The translations under genes and the position numbers were made by a program. From Candidatus Parcubacteria bacterium (GTDB taxonomy: Bacteria > Patescibacteriota > Minisyncoccia > Phycocordibacterales > UBA918), in assembly GCA_046050355.1 (NCBI GenBank), contig JBJOPW010000007.1:1-49210 (forward strand): a DNA stretch of 49,210 nt, read 5' to 3'. Shown here piece after piece: positions 9,813 to 17,814 of the stretch (the stretch's first letter is position 1; every line of letters begins with the position of its first letter). The notes under the pieces are model-generated. The model did not search any database and was not told the DNA's origin. It saw nothing but the letters and a program-made list of their open reading frames with translations.

Positions 9813-10673
9813 TTATGACTGTCCGCGCATTAAGCGACCTGGTTTGCGGCGAGAAACAATAAACTTGTTACTGAACTTCTTTGGTGAACGAGTCTTTTGA
9901 CCCTTGCCCACTGGACGACCCTGCTTCGTACGAGCACGACGGTGACCACGTGGACTGCGTCCTTCACCACCACCATGGGGGTGATCTACCGCGTTCTTCG
10001 CACTACCGCGAGTCTTTGGGCGAATACCCATATGGCGAGCCCGTCCGGCCTTACCAATCTTCACGAGACGGTATTCTTCGTTTGATACCGCACCAATTGA
10101 GGCCCAAGCAGTACCAATAATCTTGCGCACTTCACTTGATGGTAACTTGACGAGGGTGTACCCCGCGTCTTGCGCTACAACTTCGGCGTAATTACCAGCC
10201 GAACGAGCGATCCGGGCACCGGCTCCTGGCTTCAATTCAATATTGAAGATAAAGGTACCAACCGGAATCTTCCCCAAGGGGAGGCGGTTACCAACTTTTG
10301 GTTTTGCCTCCGCACTGGTAACGATTTCATCCCCCACCGCCACTTGCTGTGGCACAAGGATATAGCGTCGTTCACCGTCTTTATAGAGAACCAGAGCAAT
10401 GAAGCCTGAACGGTATGGGTCGTACTCGATAGTCTCAACCACAGCTGGAATATCTTTCTTATCGAACTTGAAGTCTACGAGACGATAGGTTCGTTTGTTT
10501 CCACCACCACGGTTAAGTGTAGTCGTACGACCAAGGTTGTTACGACCACCAGTACTGCGACCACCGGCTGTCAGCGCCTTTCGTGGATTACTCTTCGTAC
10601 TCGTGAGCTTCTTCTTATACTCAATCACGGTTCCATCACGGCGTCCGGCTGAGGTAGGTTTATATGCTTTCAT
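9813..10673 (-). CDS. rplB: 50S ribosomal protein L2
   Basis: YKPTSAGRR, GGRNNLG, IEYDPYRS, DHPHGGGEG; start taken at MKAYK. Confidence 0.97.
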   Translation of the reverse strand: MKAYKPTSAGRRDGTVIEYKKKLTSTKSNPRKALTAGGRSTGGRNNLGRTTTLNRGGGNKRTYRLVDFKFDKKDIPAVVETIEYDPYRSGFIALVLYKDGERRYILVPQQVAVGDEIVTSAEAKPKVGNRLPLGKIPVGTFIFNIELKPGAGARIARSAGNYAEVVAQDAGYTLVKLPSSEVRKIIGTAWASIGAVSNEEYRLVKIGKAGRARHMGIRPKTRGSAKNAVDHPHGGGEGRSPRGHRRARTKQGRPVGKGQKTRSPKKFSNKFIVSRRKPGRLMRGQS

Positions 10674-10683
10674 ACGAATTGAA

Positions 10684-11046
10684 TTACGCAATACTGATAA
10701 TATCACCGGCCTTTACATAGACATATGCTTTTTTGTAGCCAGCGTGCTTCTCTTTGCGACCACGACTCATCGAGACCGTGGTACGTGGCATTTTATTGAC
10801 GATGTTGACCGACACCGGCGTCACCTTGTAGAGGGCAACCACTGCTTCAGACACGAGGCGCTTTGTTGCATCTTTGCGAACAAAGAAGGTGTACACGCGT
10901 GCGTCCTGAGCCAAAACCGCTTTTTCGGTTACTACCGGCGCGATAATCACTGAAGTGAGGTCGCGGTCGATTGACCGAGCGTTGGTTTTTGCTTTGGCAG
11001 GAGTTGTCTCTTCGGTTGTTTTTTTACTGCGACTAAAGAGTGCCAT
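10684..11046 (-). CDS. rplW: 50S ribosomal protein L23 with N-terminal extension
   Basis: PVVTEKA, YTFFV, ATK, YKKAYV; synteny. Confidence 0.95.
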   Translation of the reverse strand: MALFSRSKKTTEETTPAKAKTNARSIDRDLTSVIIAPVVTEKAVLAQDARVYTFFVRKDATKRLVSEAVVALYKVTPVSVNIVNKMPRTTVSMSRGRKEKHAGYKKAYVYVKAGDIISIA

Positions 11047-11052
11047 AATACG

Positions 11053-11772
11053 TTACTTAGTAGCTGATACACTCGCGACACGAGCAGAGAGTACTTCGAG
11101 AGCTGCGACAGGCGCAGTCACCACGACATACTTGTACGTGAGGAGTTCAACTGGGTTAATATCCTTTGCCATTACTACTTCGATGTTGCCGAAGTTGCGG
11201 AAACTCTTTTCGATGGCGAGATCACGCTTCGGGAGGATGACTACCGCTGCGTTCTTGCGCTTCGTAGCCAAGTCCGCCTTACCACTACCAGTGGCAAGGG
11301 CCTTGACGATGGTCTTCGCGACCGCTGTCTTTGGTTCACTAAACGAAACACCATCGAGGAAGATTACTTCGCCATCAGCCTGCTTCTTTGAAAGCACGGT
11401 GGCGAGTGCTTTTGCCTTCACCTTGCGGTTGAGCTTGGTGGTGTAATCCTTATCACTGCGTGGACCGTGTGCGACTCCACCCTTGACCCAAATTGGACTA
11501 CGAGTAGAACCGTGACGGGCCCGACCAGTTCCCTTCTGCTTCCATGGCTTCTTACCACCACCACTCACTTCACTACGGTCTTTGGTGTGAGCAGTACCAG
11601 CACGACTATTTCCTTGCATGGCGAGTACGACGTCGTGCACGAGGTCAGCATTCCAAGCAACACCAAATACAGCTGCTGGAAGTTCTACACTTCCGGTTTC
11701 TTTTCCTTCTACAGAATAGATTTTTGCCTTCATCCCGTTAGAAGTACTCTTTTTTGTTTCTTTTGTTTCCAT
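11053..11772 (-). CDS. rplD: 50S ribosomal protein L4
   Basis: TKDRSEVSGGGKKPWKQKGTGRARHGS. Confidence 0.97.
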   Translation of the reverse strand: METKETKKSTSNGMKAKIYSVEGKETGSVELPAAVFGVAWNADLVHDVVLAMQGNSRAGTAHTKDRSEVSGGGKKPWKQKGTGRARHGSTRSPIWVKGGVAHGPRSDKDYTTKLNRKVKAKALATVLSKKQADGEVIFLDGVSFSEPKTAVAKTIVKALATGSGKADLATKRKNAAVVILPKRDLAIEKSFRNFGNIEVVMAKDINPVELLTYKYVVVTAPVAALEVLSARVASVSATK

Positions 11773-11829
11773 ATAAGTTTTTGTATGAATCTCGCTAGAT
11801 ACTTCTAACGGGATTCATATTATTTGGTC

Positions 11830-12456
11830 TTACTTTACGCTTCCACGTACTTCGACTAATGTACCCGGACGACCTGGAATCGCTCCCTTCACAAGGAGGA
11901 GATTCTCTGCGGGATTTACCTGGAGAATAGTAAGGTTCTTCACGGTAATACGATCACCACCCATACGACCAGCCATGCGGAGACCCTTGATCACGCGCTT
12001 GAAACCGGTAGCACCAATGGATCCTGGTTCACGTTCTGAGTGCTTCTGACCGTGACTACGACGTCCACCGCCGAAGCCGTGTCGCTTGACCACACCCTGG
12101 AAGCCCTTACCTTTTGATACAGCACTTACGGTAACTGTATCGCCCGGAGCGAAGACTGAGGCATCAATAGTAGCGCCCACAGCCATATCGCCTGGTACTG
12201 TTTCACCGTACGATGTTTTTGGACGGAACTCGCGCACAATCGCGGCGCCACTGAATTGACCCTGTTGTGCCTTCGCAATACGGTGGCTCTTTTGTGAGCC
12301 AGTCGCAAGCTGAACAGCATCATAGCCATCAGTCGCAGCAGTCTTGACCTTGGTAACTGTTGCCTTTTCTACCCGAAGGATAGTAGCTGGGTGACAGTTG
12401 CCCTGAGCGTCAAAGACTTGCGTCATGCGGTCTTTGGTTCCAACAATAAACTTCAT
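11830..12456 (-). CDS. rplC: 50S ribosomal protein L3
   Basis: SKGKGFQGVVKRHGF, PGSIG, MAGRMG, VKGAIPG. Confidence 0.97.
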   Translation of the reverse strand: MKFIVGTKDRMTQVFDAQGNCHPATILRVEKATVTKVKTAATDGYDAVQLATGSQKSHRIAKAQQGQFSGAAIVREFRPKTSYGETVPGDMAVGATIDASVFAPGDTVTVSAVSKGKGFQGVVKRHGFGGGRRSHGQKHSEREPGSIGATGFKRVIKGLRMAGRMGGDRITVKNLTILQVNPAENLLLVKGAIPGRPGTLVEVRGSVK

Positions 12457-12487
12457 TTATTCTGGACTTATGCTTATAAAAGCTTCA

Positions 12488-12647
12488 GAGCTGATTCAAT
12501 AAGCTTCTGTCAAGATAAAAGTTTCAAATTTTGAGCGAAAATTATTAAGTCCGAGGAGGCATATAAATATATGTCGACGAGGAATCAGTAATTTGGAGCC
12601 GAATATTTGGAATCTTTTAGCTGACTACGAGATTATTGAATGAGCTC
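12488..12647. repeat. Long imperfect palindrome, ERIC/RPE-like element, in rplC leader
   Basis: Arms GAGCTGATTCAATAA / TTATTGAATGAGCTC; core GAGGAGGCATAT-AAAT-ATATGTCGACGAG. Confidence 0.65.
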
Positions 12648-12792
12648 AGACCACAATGACAAACCGCGCTATGTTAGGGCGCGAGCACAAGCTCGACACC
12701 TAAAATAGCGCGGTTTGTGCCCATTGGTTCTCCGGTACCTACCGATATAATTCGGTACCTTCTACGAACATAGGTCTTATAAAGCTCACGGC

Positions 12793-12820
12793 AGTATACC
12801 GTTTTTGTTTTGAAATGCAA
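12793..12820 (-). promoter_or_regulatory. sigma70-type promoter for the rplC-rplB block
   Basis: TTGCAT-16 bp-TATACT on minus strand. Confidence 0.65.
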
Positions 12821-12836
12821 GTACTTCCCGTACTAT

Positions 12837-13394
12837 TTAGTACCCAACTGCAATCCAATTAGTACAACCCGCTGAACCACCGTTACTGGCCACAAATGAA
12901 TTCCGATTGCGCAACTCAAGTGAGAAATTACTCATTGTAGCTCCGTTATGTGGAGTGTCTTTCACGCCAACAATCTGGAGAGCTGCATTTGGAAATACCG
13001 TTGGATAGTTATAGACAACTCCAGTTGGAGACAAACCGGGACAGGCCTTCCCCCATTGCACCAATAAACCATCGACCCAGGTATAACCGTTTTGCACGAC
13101 TAAACTTGAACTAGCGTTTGAACCTCCACCTAGTACTGCAGATGGTGCAAAGCAGTTACCTCCCAGCGCATCACAATACAAATTCGAGCGCATTTGGCTT
13201 GTCGCCGCAAAGATATTGGCAACGATATTACCAGTTTTTGTTTGGGTAACACCACTGACATCTACCGGTGCAGCGGTATTGTTATTTGGTGGAGTGGCGG
13301 GAGCGGGTGTCCAGGCGGCACCTAAGAAGTTGTACGCGAGGAGAGCAAAGACAGCAACTGATAATACGGTGAGGGAACGATAGGATGTTGTCAT
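12837..13394 (-). CDS. Secreted constant/variable cassette protein, copy 3 (phage tail-fibre gp53-like C-terminus)
   Basis: Same constant N-terminus; tip GLLVQWG...YPTVFPNA...NSF...WIAVGY is typical of tail-fibre C-terminal domains; start set at MTTSY by paralogy. Confidence 0.85.
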   Translation of the reverse strand: MTTSYRSLTVLSVAVFALLAYNFLGAAWTPAPATPPNNNTAAPVDVSGVTQTKTGNIVANIFAATSQMRSNLYCDALGGNCFAPSAVLGGGSNASSSLVVQNGYTWVDGLLVQWGKACPGLSPTGVVYNYPTVFPNAALQIVGVKDTPHNGATMSNFSLELRNRNSFVASNGGSAGCTNWIAVGY

Positions 13395-13476
13395 ATAGAG
13401 TATGATACAACGATTCAATGGGTGTTGGTGGAGGATGTGGGGATATACAAAAAGCACCCGAAGGTGCTTTTTGTAT
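13168..13476 (-). repeat. Cassette repeat copy 3
   Basis: Direct repeat; about 5 mismatches versus copy 2 over the ~250 bp constant part. Confidence 0.92.
13445..13476. terminator. Intrinsic terminator after rpsJ
   Basis: ATACAAAAAGCACC-CGAA-GGTGCTTTTTGTAT. Confidence 0.8.
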
Positions 13477-13494
13477 TACTTTCGCCACTAATGA

Positions 13495-13827
13495 CTAAAG
13501 CATCTTCACATCAATGTTGACCCCGGACGGGAGGGAGAGATTCGTAAGAGCCTCAACCACCTTTGGTCCTGGGTTCAAGATATCAATCACTCGCTTATGC
13601 ATCCGCATTTCGAATTGTTCTCGCGCGTCTTTGTACACGAACGTCGAACGGTTGACTGTGTATTTCTTGATCTCAGTTGGGAGCGGGATTGGTCCGACTA
13701 CCTTGGCATCGAAACGCAAGGCAGTATCAATGATCTGCTTGACTGAAGCATCGAGAATTTTGTGCTCATAGGCGCGAACGCGAATGCGCAACTTGTTCAC
13801 GGCTTCGGCTTTTTGGGTTGTTGCCAT
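13495..13827 (-). CDS. rpsJ: 30S ribosomal protein S10
   Basis: LRIRVRAYEHKILD, GPIPLPT, REQFEMRMHKRVIDI. Confidence 0.97.
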   Translation of the reverse strand: MATTQKAEAVNKLRIRVRAYEHKILDASVKQIIDTALRFDAKVVGPIPLPTEIKKYTVNRSTFVYKDAREQFEMRMHKRVIDILNPGPKVVEALTNLSLPSGVNIDVKML

Positions 13828-13845
13828 AGTAGTGTTAATTACTCG

Positions 13846-13968
13846 AAGTGAGGTCTGATTGCCCGAGATGCACGGCGGAACGAACTTTTGGAAGAAGGCG
13901 TATCTCTATACGACGACTGAAAAAAGTGAAGTTCCAACAAAGCAGATTGGGTAAGTCAGGACTCACTT
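13846..13968. repeat. Long imperfect palindrome, ERIC/RPE-like element, filling the tuf-rpsJ spacer
   Basis: Arms AAGTGAGGTCTGATTGCCCGA / TTGGGTAAGTCAGGACTCACTT; core GAAGAAGGCGTAT-CTCT-ATACGACGACTG. Confidence 0.65.
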
Positions 13969-15160
13969 ACGCGATGATCTTGGTTACTACACCGGCCCCT
14001 ACTGTCTTCCCACCCTCACGGATAGCAAAGTTGGTCTGTTCTTCCATCGCTACTGGAGCCACAAGCTTTACCTTGAACTTAGCAGTGTCGCCTGGCATCA
14101 CCATCTCAACACCTTCAGCCAAAGTCACGTCACCAGTTACGTCTGTAGTACGAACGTAGAACTGTGGCTTGTAACCTGAGAAGAATGGCGTGTGACGACC
14201 ACCTTCATCCTTTGAAAGCACGTATACTTCTGCTTCAAACTCTGCGTGTGGGGTGACTGAACCCTTCTTTGCAAGTACCTGACCACGGTGGATGTCTTCC
14301 TTCTTCACACCACGGAGGAGAATACCAGCGTTGTCTCCGGCCTGAGCCTGATCAAGTTGCTTGTTAAACATTTCAACACCAGTAACGGTAGTAGTCGCCG
14401 TGTCCTTGATACCAACGATTTCTACTTCTTCACCTACCTTAACGGCACCTCGTTCTACACGTCCAGTTACTACCGTACCGCGACCTTCAATTGAGAAGAT
14501 GTCTTCGATCGGCATAAGGAATGGCTTGTCGAGCTGACGTTCTGGGAGTGGGAAGTATGAGTCCATAGCATCAACGAGCTCGATGACCTTGTCGCCCCAC
14601 TTTGAAGCTGGATCATTAAGGGCCTGAAGGCCTGAACCGTGGATGATTGGAGCGTTGGCACCATCAAAGCCGTTGTGAGTAAGAAGTTCGCGGAGTTCTT
14701 CTTCCACGAGCATGAGCATTTCTTCATCATCAACCATATCGCACTTGTTCAAAAATACGATGATGTTTGGTACACCTACCTGCTTCGCCAAGAGTACGTG
14801 TTCACGTGTTTGTGGCATCGCACCGTCAGTCGCTGCTACCACGAGTACTGCACCGTCCATCTGGGCAGCACCGGTAATCATGTTCTTGATGTAGTCAGCG
14901 TGACCAGGCGCGTCAATGTGCGCGTAGTGACGATTTGGCGTCTCGTACTCACTGTGTGAGAGCGAAATAGTAATACCACGAGCCTTTTCTTCTGGGGCCT
15001 TGTCGATTTCGTCAACACCCTTGGTAGTAGCACCGTACCCATTGCCACGAGCGTGGAGGGTATTAAGAATCGCAGCAGTGAGCGTAGTCTTACCGTGGTC
15101 AACGTGACCAATAGTACCTACGTTTACGTGCGGCTTTGTGCGGTCAAATGAACCTGCCAT
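13967..15160 (-). CDS. tuf: Elongation factor Tu
   Basis: [33 protein letters not shown]. Confidence 0.98.
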   Translation of the reverse strand: MAGSFDRTKPHVNVGTIGHVDHGKTTLTAAILNTLHARGNGYGATTKGVDEIDKAPEEKARGITISLSHSEYETPNRHYAHIDAPGHADYIKNMITGAAQMDGAVLVVAATDGAMPQTREHVLLAKQVGVPNIIVFLNKCDMVDDEEMLMLVEEELRELLTHNGFDGANAPIIHGSGLQALNDPASKWGDKVIELVDAMDSYFPLPERQLDKPFLMPIEDIFSIEGRGTVVTGRVERGAVKVGEEVEIVGIKDTATTTVTGVEMFNKQLDQAQAGDNAGILLRGVKKEDIHRGQVLAKKGSVTPHAEFEAEVYVLSKDEGGRHTPFFSGYKPQFYVRTTDVTGDVTLAEGVEMVMPGDTAKFKVKLVAPVAMEEQTNFAIREGGKTVGAGVVTKIIA

Positions 15161-15348
15161 AAACTTTAGTTAGTTATCGTAAATAATAAACCGCACACAG
15201 CTGCTTTTGTATAAAAAAGCGGTGCTTTTATGAGTTAGAACCGTAACGGCGCGAGAACAAAGTCGCGCTACGCTTATAACCCAAAAAAGGGTGTGAAAGA
15301 GCAAATATAATCGCTCCGCCACTAGCCAACGCTAGTGCAGTAGGGAGA

Positions 15349-15376
15349 ATAGTAACAAACACTGAGAATTATGCAA
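15349..15376 (-). promoter_or_regulatory. Promoter for tuf-rpsJ
   Basis: TTGCAT-16 bp-TACTAT with TGn extension. Confidence 0.55.
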
Positions 15377-15401
15377 GTCTCTTTCCCGAGCAGGGGTGAT
15401 G

Positions 15402-15731
15402 CTACTGAGGGAGACTGTCCAAAATGACTGTAGCGTCAACGATATTGGCATCATCAACGGTTTCGAGTGCGTCCACCACTTGAGCAAACTCCTCATCTGA
15501 TGCCATCGGAGCGCCCTCCAGAGCCTTGATAATCGGGTCTACTTCGGGAGTCGCGTCCACTTCTGTAATTGGCTCAGCTACCTGGTTCGTAGTTGACGCT
15601 AATCTCATACCGTAATAAATGTACCCAAAGAGAAGTGTCACAAGGAGAAGTGCTAGCCCAACAACAATGAGCGTCCGCATGGTCTTTGATTCTTGATTAC
15701 TTTGATTATAAATTGGCAGTTCAGGACTCAT
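15402..15731 (-). CDS. Hypothetical single-pass membrane protein with acidic C-terminus
   Basis: One TM helix then an acidic region; directly downstream of 15754-16899. Confidence 0.7.
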   Translation of the reverse strand: MSPELPIYNQSNQESKTMRTLIVVGLALLLVTLLFGYIYYGMRLASTTNQVAEPITEVDATPEVDPIIKALEGAPMASDEEFAQVVDALETVDDANIVDATVILDSLPQ

Positions 15732-15753
15732 ATAATTAGAATGTATTTTAGTA

Positions 15754-16899
15754 TTAAACTTCGACAGCTACTGGAACCACTTCAATCATGCCTCGCTGCT
15801 CTGCGATACCGTATGAACCAGTACAAGTCAAACGAACCGTGACGGTGCTCATAATCGGACCAGTTTGCATAGAACCCGAGGTACTGGTAATTGGTACATT
15901 AGAAAGGCCTGGCGCGTTAATCACACAGCTACTGCCAGCTAATGAAGAAATGTTCCAGCTCAGAGAGGCTGTATTACCAAGACGGACTATTGGCGGCATG
16001 ATTTGAAGACCAACAGTTGGCATTGGGGTGGTTGTAGTACCAGTGGGTGTAGTTGTTCCGGTAGCTACACAGATCCCCCCACTGACAGTAAGACCAGCAT
16101 CGCAGGCAACATTGAGAGCTACCGAGGCAAGTATGCCAGTGCCACTACGTGCTTGAAAGGTATTTGTGCCGAGGTTAAGGGTCACTGACTGGTTGCTGGC
16201 ACTATATGCTGTACTGAGCTGACCAACGGGTGCAGTAGCTCTATATGCATTGGGTGTAGGTGACGATGACGAAATACTCCAAGTCAACTGCCCACCACAT
16301 GAACTTGCACCCTGAGGAACAACGCAAGTGGAACCAGAGATAGTAGCTAAAGCTGGGGTCAATTGAACATTTGAGAACATATCGATCCAACCAACAACTT
16401 CGTTGCCCCAAGCATATGAATTAGGATTCATTCCCGACGTCAGGTTGGCACTGACGGTATGATTAGTGCCCCGTAGAGCTATCCACCCGTCCCAACTCCC
16501 GGCATTGCCATTATTGCTCATACTTGAACAATTACCACCAAGCGTCCCCGCACAAGCACGCACCCAGCCTTCCCAAGTTAAATTGGGATAGGTGCCCGTT
16601 AGCTGAGCATTGGCAGCGACATTACCACCTCCAGCTGGAAAAGCCGAGAGTCCGCCGAATTTCACCCAGCCTATATTACTACTCCAACCCCAACCGGTGA
16701 TTGTCCGGTCACTGTTAATTGTTACTTTGTAGTTATTGGTTGCGGCGCAACTGCCATCATTTTGACAATTGAGTGAGATCCACCCAATGTTACTACTCCA
16801 GGCATAACCACGAAGATCAACCGCCGGAATACTCTGCGCCTGGGCGAATTGCGAACTCAATAACATCAAACCAATAATACATAGCTGGTACAGTTTCAT
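15754..16899 (-). CDS. Secreted protein with G(Y/W)AWSSNIGW repeats and a C-terminal Ig-like module
   Basis: Signal peptide; GYAWSSNIGWISL, GWGWSSNIGWVKF, SYAWGNEVVGWI; LSWN...C...LTC. Confidence 0.8.
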   Translation of the reverse strand: MKLYQLCIIGLMLLSSQFAQAQSIPAVDLRGYAWSSNIGWISLNCQNDGSCAATNNYKVTINSDRTITGWGWSSNIGWVKFGGLSAFPAGGGNVAANAQLTGTYPNLTWEGWVRACAGTLGGNCSSMSNNGNAGSWDGWIALRGTNHTVSANLTSGMNPNSYAWGNEVVGWIDMFSNVQLTPALATISGSTCVVPQGASSCGGQLTWSISSSSPTPNAYRATAPVGQLSTAYSASNQSVTLNLGTNTFQARSGTGILASVALNVACDAGLTVSGGICVATGTTTPTGTTTTPMPTVGLQIMPPIVRLGNTASLSWNISSLAGSSCVINAPGLSNVPITSTSGSMQTGPIMSTVTVRLTCTGSYGIAEQRGMIEVVPVAVEV

Positions 16900-17007
16900 A
16901 TACTAGTAGTATATGCTACGAATGACCAAGCAAGCGTAGTTTGTGCACAAATGAAAGAAGTGACTGTGGGAGGACTGTTCTTATTTGCTTCCTCCACGAG
17001 GTCTTCA

Positions 17008-17766
17008 ATCCTTACAGGATCAGTCCGTCTTACAGACGCAGTACAGGTTGTCGTTATTTTTAACAAAATAACTGACAACCTTCTGAAATAACATCCCATG
17101 TTATTTCAGCCTTGTCGCTCGTTTGTTTCGGTGCGCCTCATCTACAATATCCTTCAAAGTCAAATTGCCTGATATAATTTTCACTTTTATTGTTTCAGGG
17201 TCGCCTCGTCTCCTTACAGGAGCTGTCCCCTTGTTGGTTTATTTATTTCGTTTACTCATAAATAAACTCAACAAGTCTTGCGAAAGTGATATTTAATCAC
17301 TTTCTCACACTGCGGCCTGTAAAAGATATTGTAGGAAGCATAACAAGAAAAGCACCCTTTGCAGGGTGCTTTTCTTGTTAGGGTTCTTCTACATCTTTTA
17401 GGGTCAAGTCACTAAGCATATTTCTTCACTGCGTTCGAAATCTACTAAGTGCTTGCTCCTTACAGGAGCTGTACACCTTTTGGATAATTTGTTTCGCTTC
17501 ACTTACAAATTATCACAAAAGGTCTTGCGAAATGGGTCCCATCCCATTTCTCACCCCCGCCTCGCTGGTTCGGCTCTTTTGGAGGTCGCCTCACATCGCT
17601 GCGGCTCGTCAAAGACATAACGGGAAGCATATATAAGAAAAGTACCCCTTTCAGGGTGCTTTTCTTGTTATGCTTCTTCTACAATATCCTTCTTCTTACA
17701 GAAGCTGTACACCATTTGGATATTTCATTTCGCCCTGACTCATGAAATCTCTCAAATGGTCTTGCA
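17008..17766. repeat. Non-coding array of multi-hairpin units with covarying stems
   Basis: TTACA-loop hairpins at 17008, 17026, 17210, 17456, 17692; four of them are followed by a long bulged hairpin; palindromes at 17320-17400 and 17622-17691. Confidence 0.85.
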
Positions 17767-17782
17767 GGACGTGGACGGATTG

Positions 17783-17814
17783 ATAAAAAGGCGCTCTCTG
17801 GAGCGCCTTTTTAT
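17783..17814. terminator. Intrinsic terminator after fusA
   Basis: ATAAAAAGGCGCTC-TCTG-GAGCGCCTTTTTAT. Confidence 0.85.

Noticed and set aside
12837-13130. Prophage
   Set aside because: Only an isolated tail-fibre-like domain; no integrase, capsid, terminase or other phage genes.
4502-13394. Classical invertible shufflon or diversity-generating retroelement
   Set aside because: Copies are direct, each is a complete gene, no recombinase or reverse transcriptase is in the window, and the variable regions are non-homologous rather than differing at adenines.
17008-17766. CRISPR array
   Set aside because: Repeats are not identical, the period is ~185-245 bp, the intervening sequence is itself structured and homologous, and there are no cas genes.
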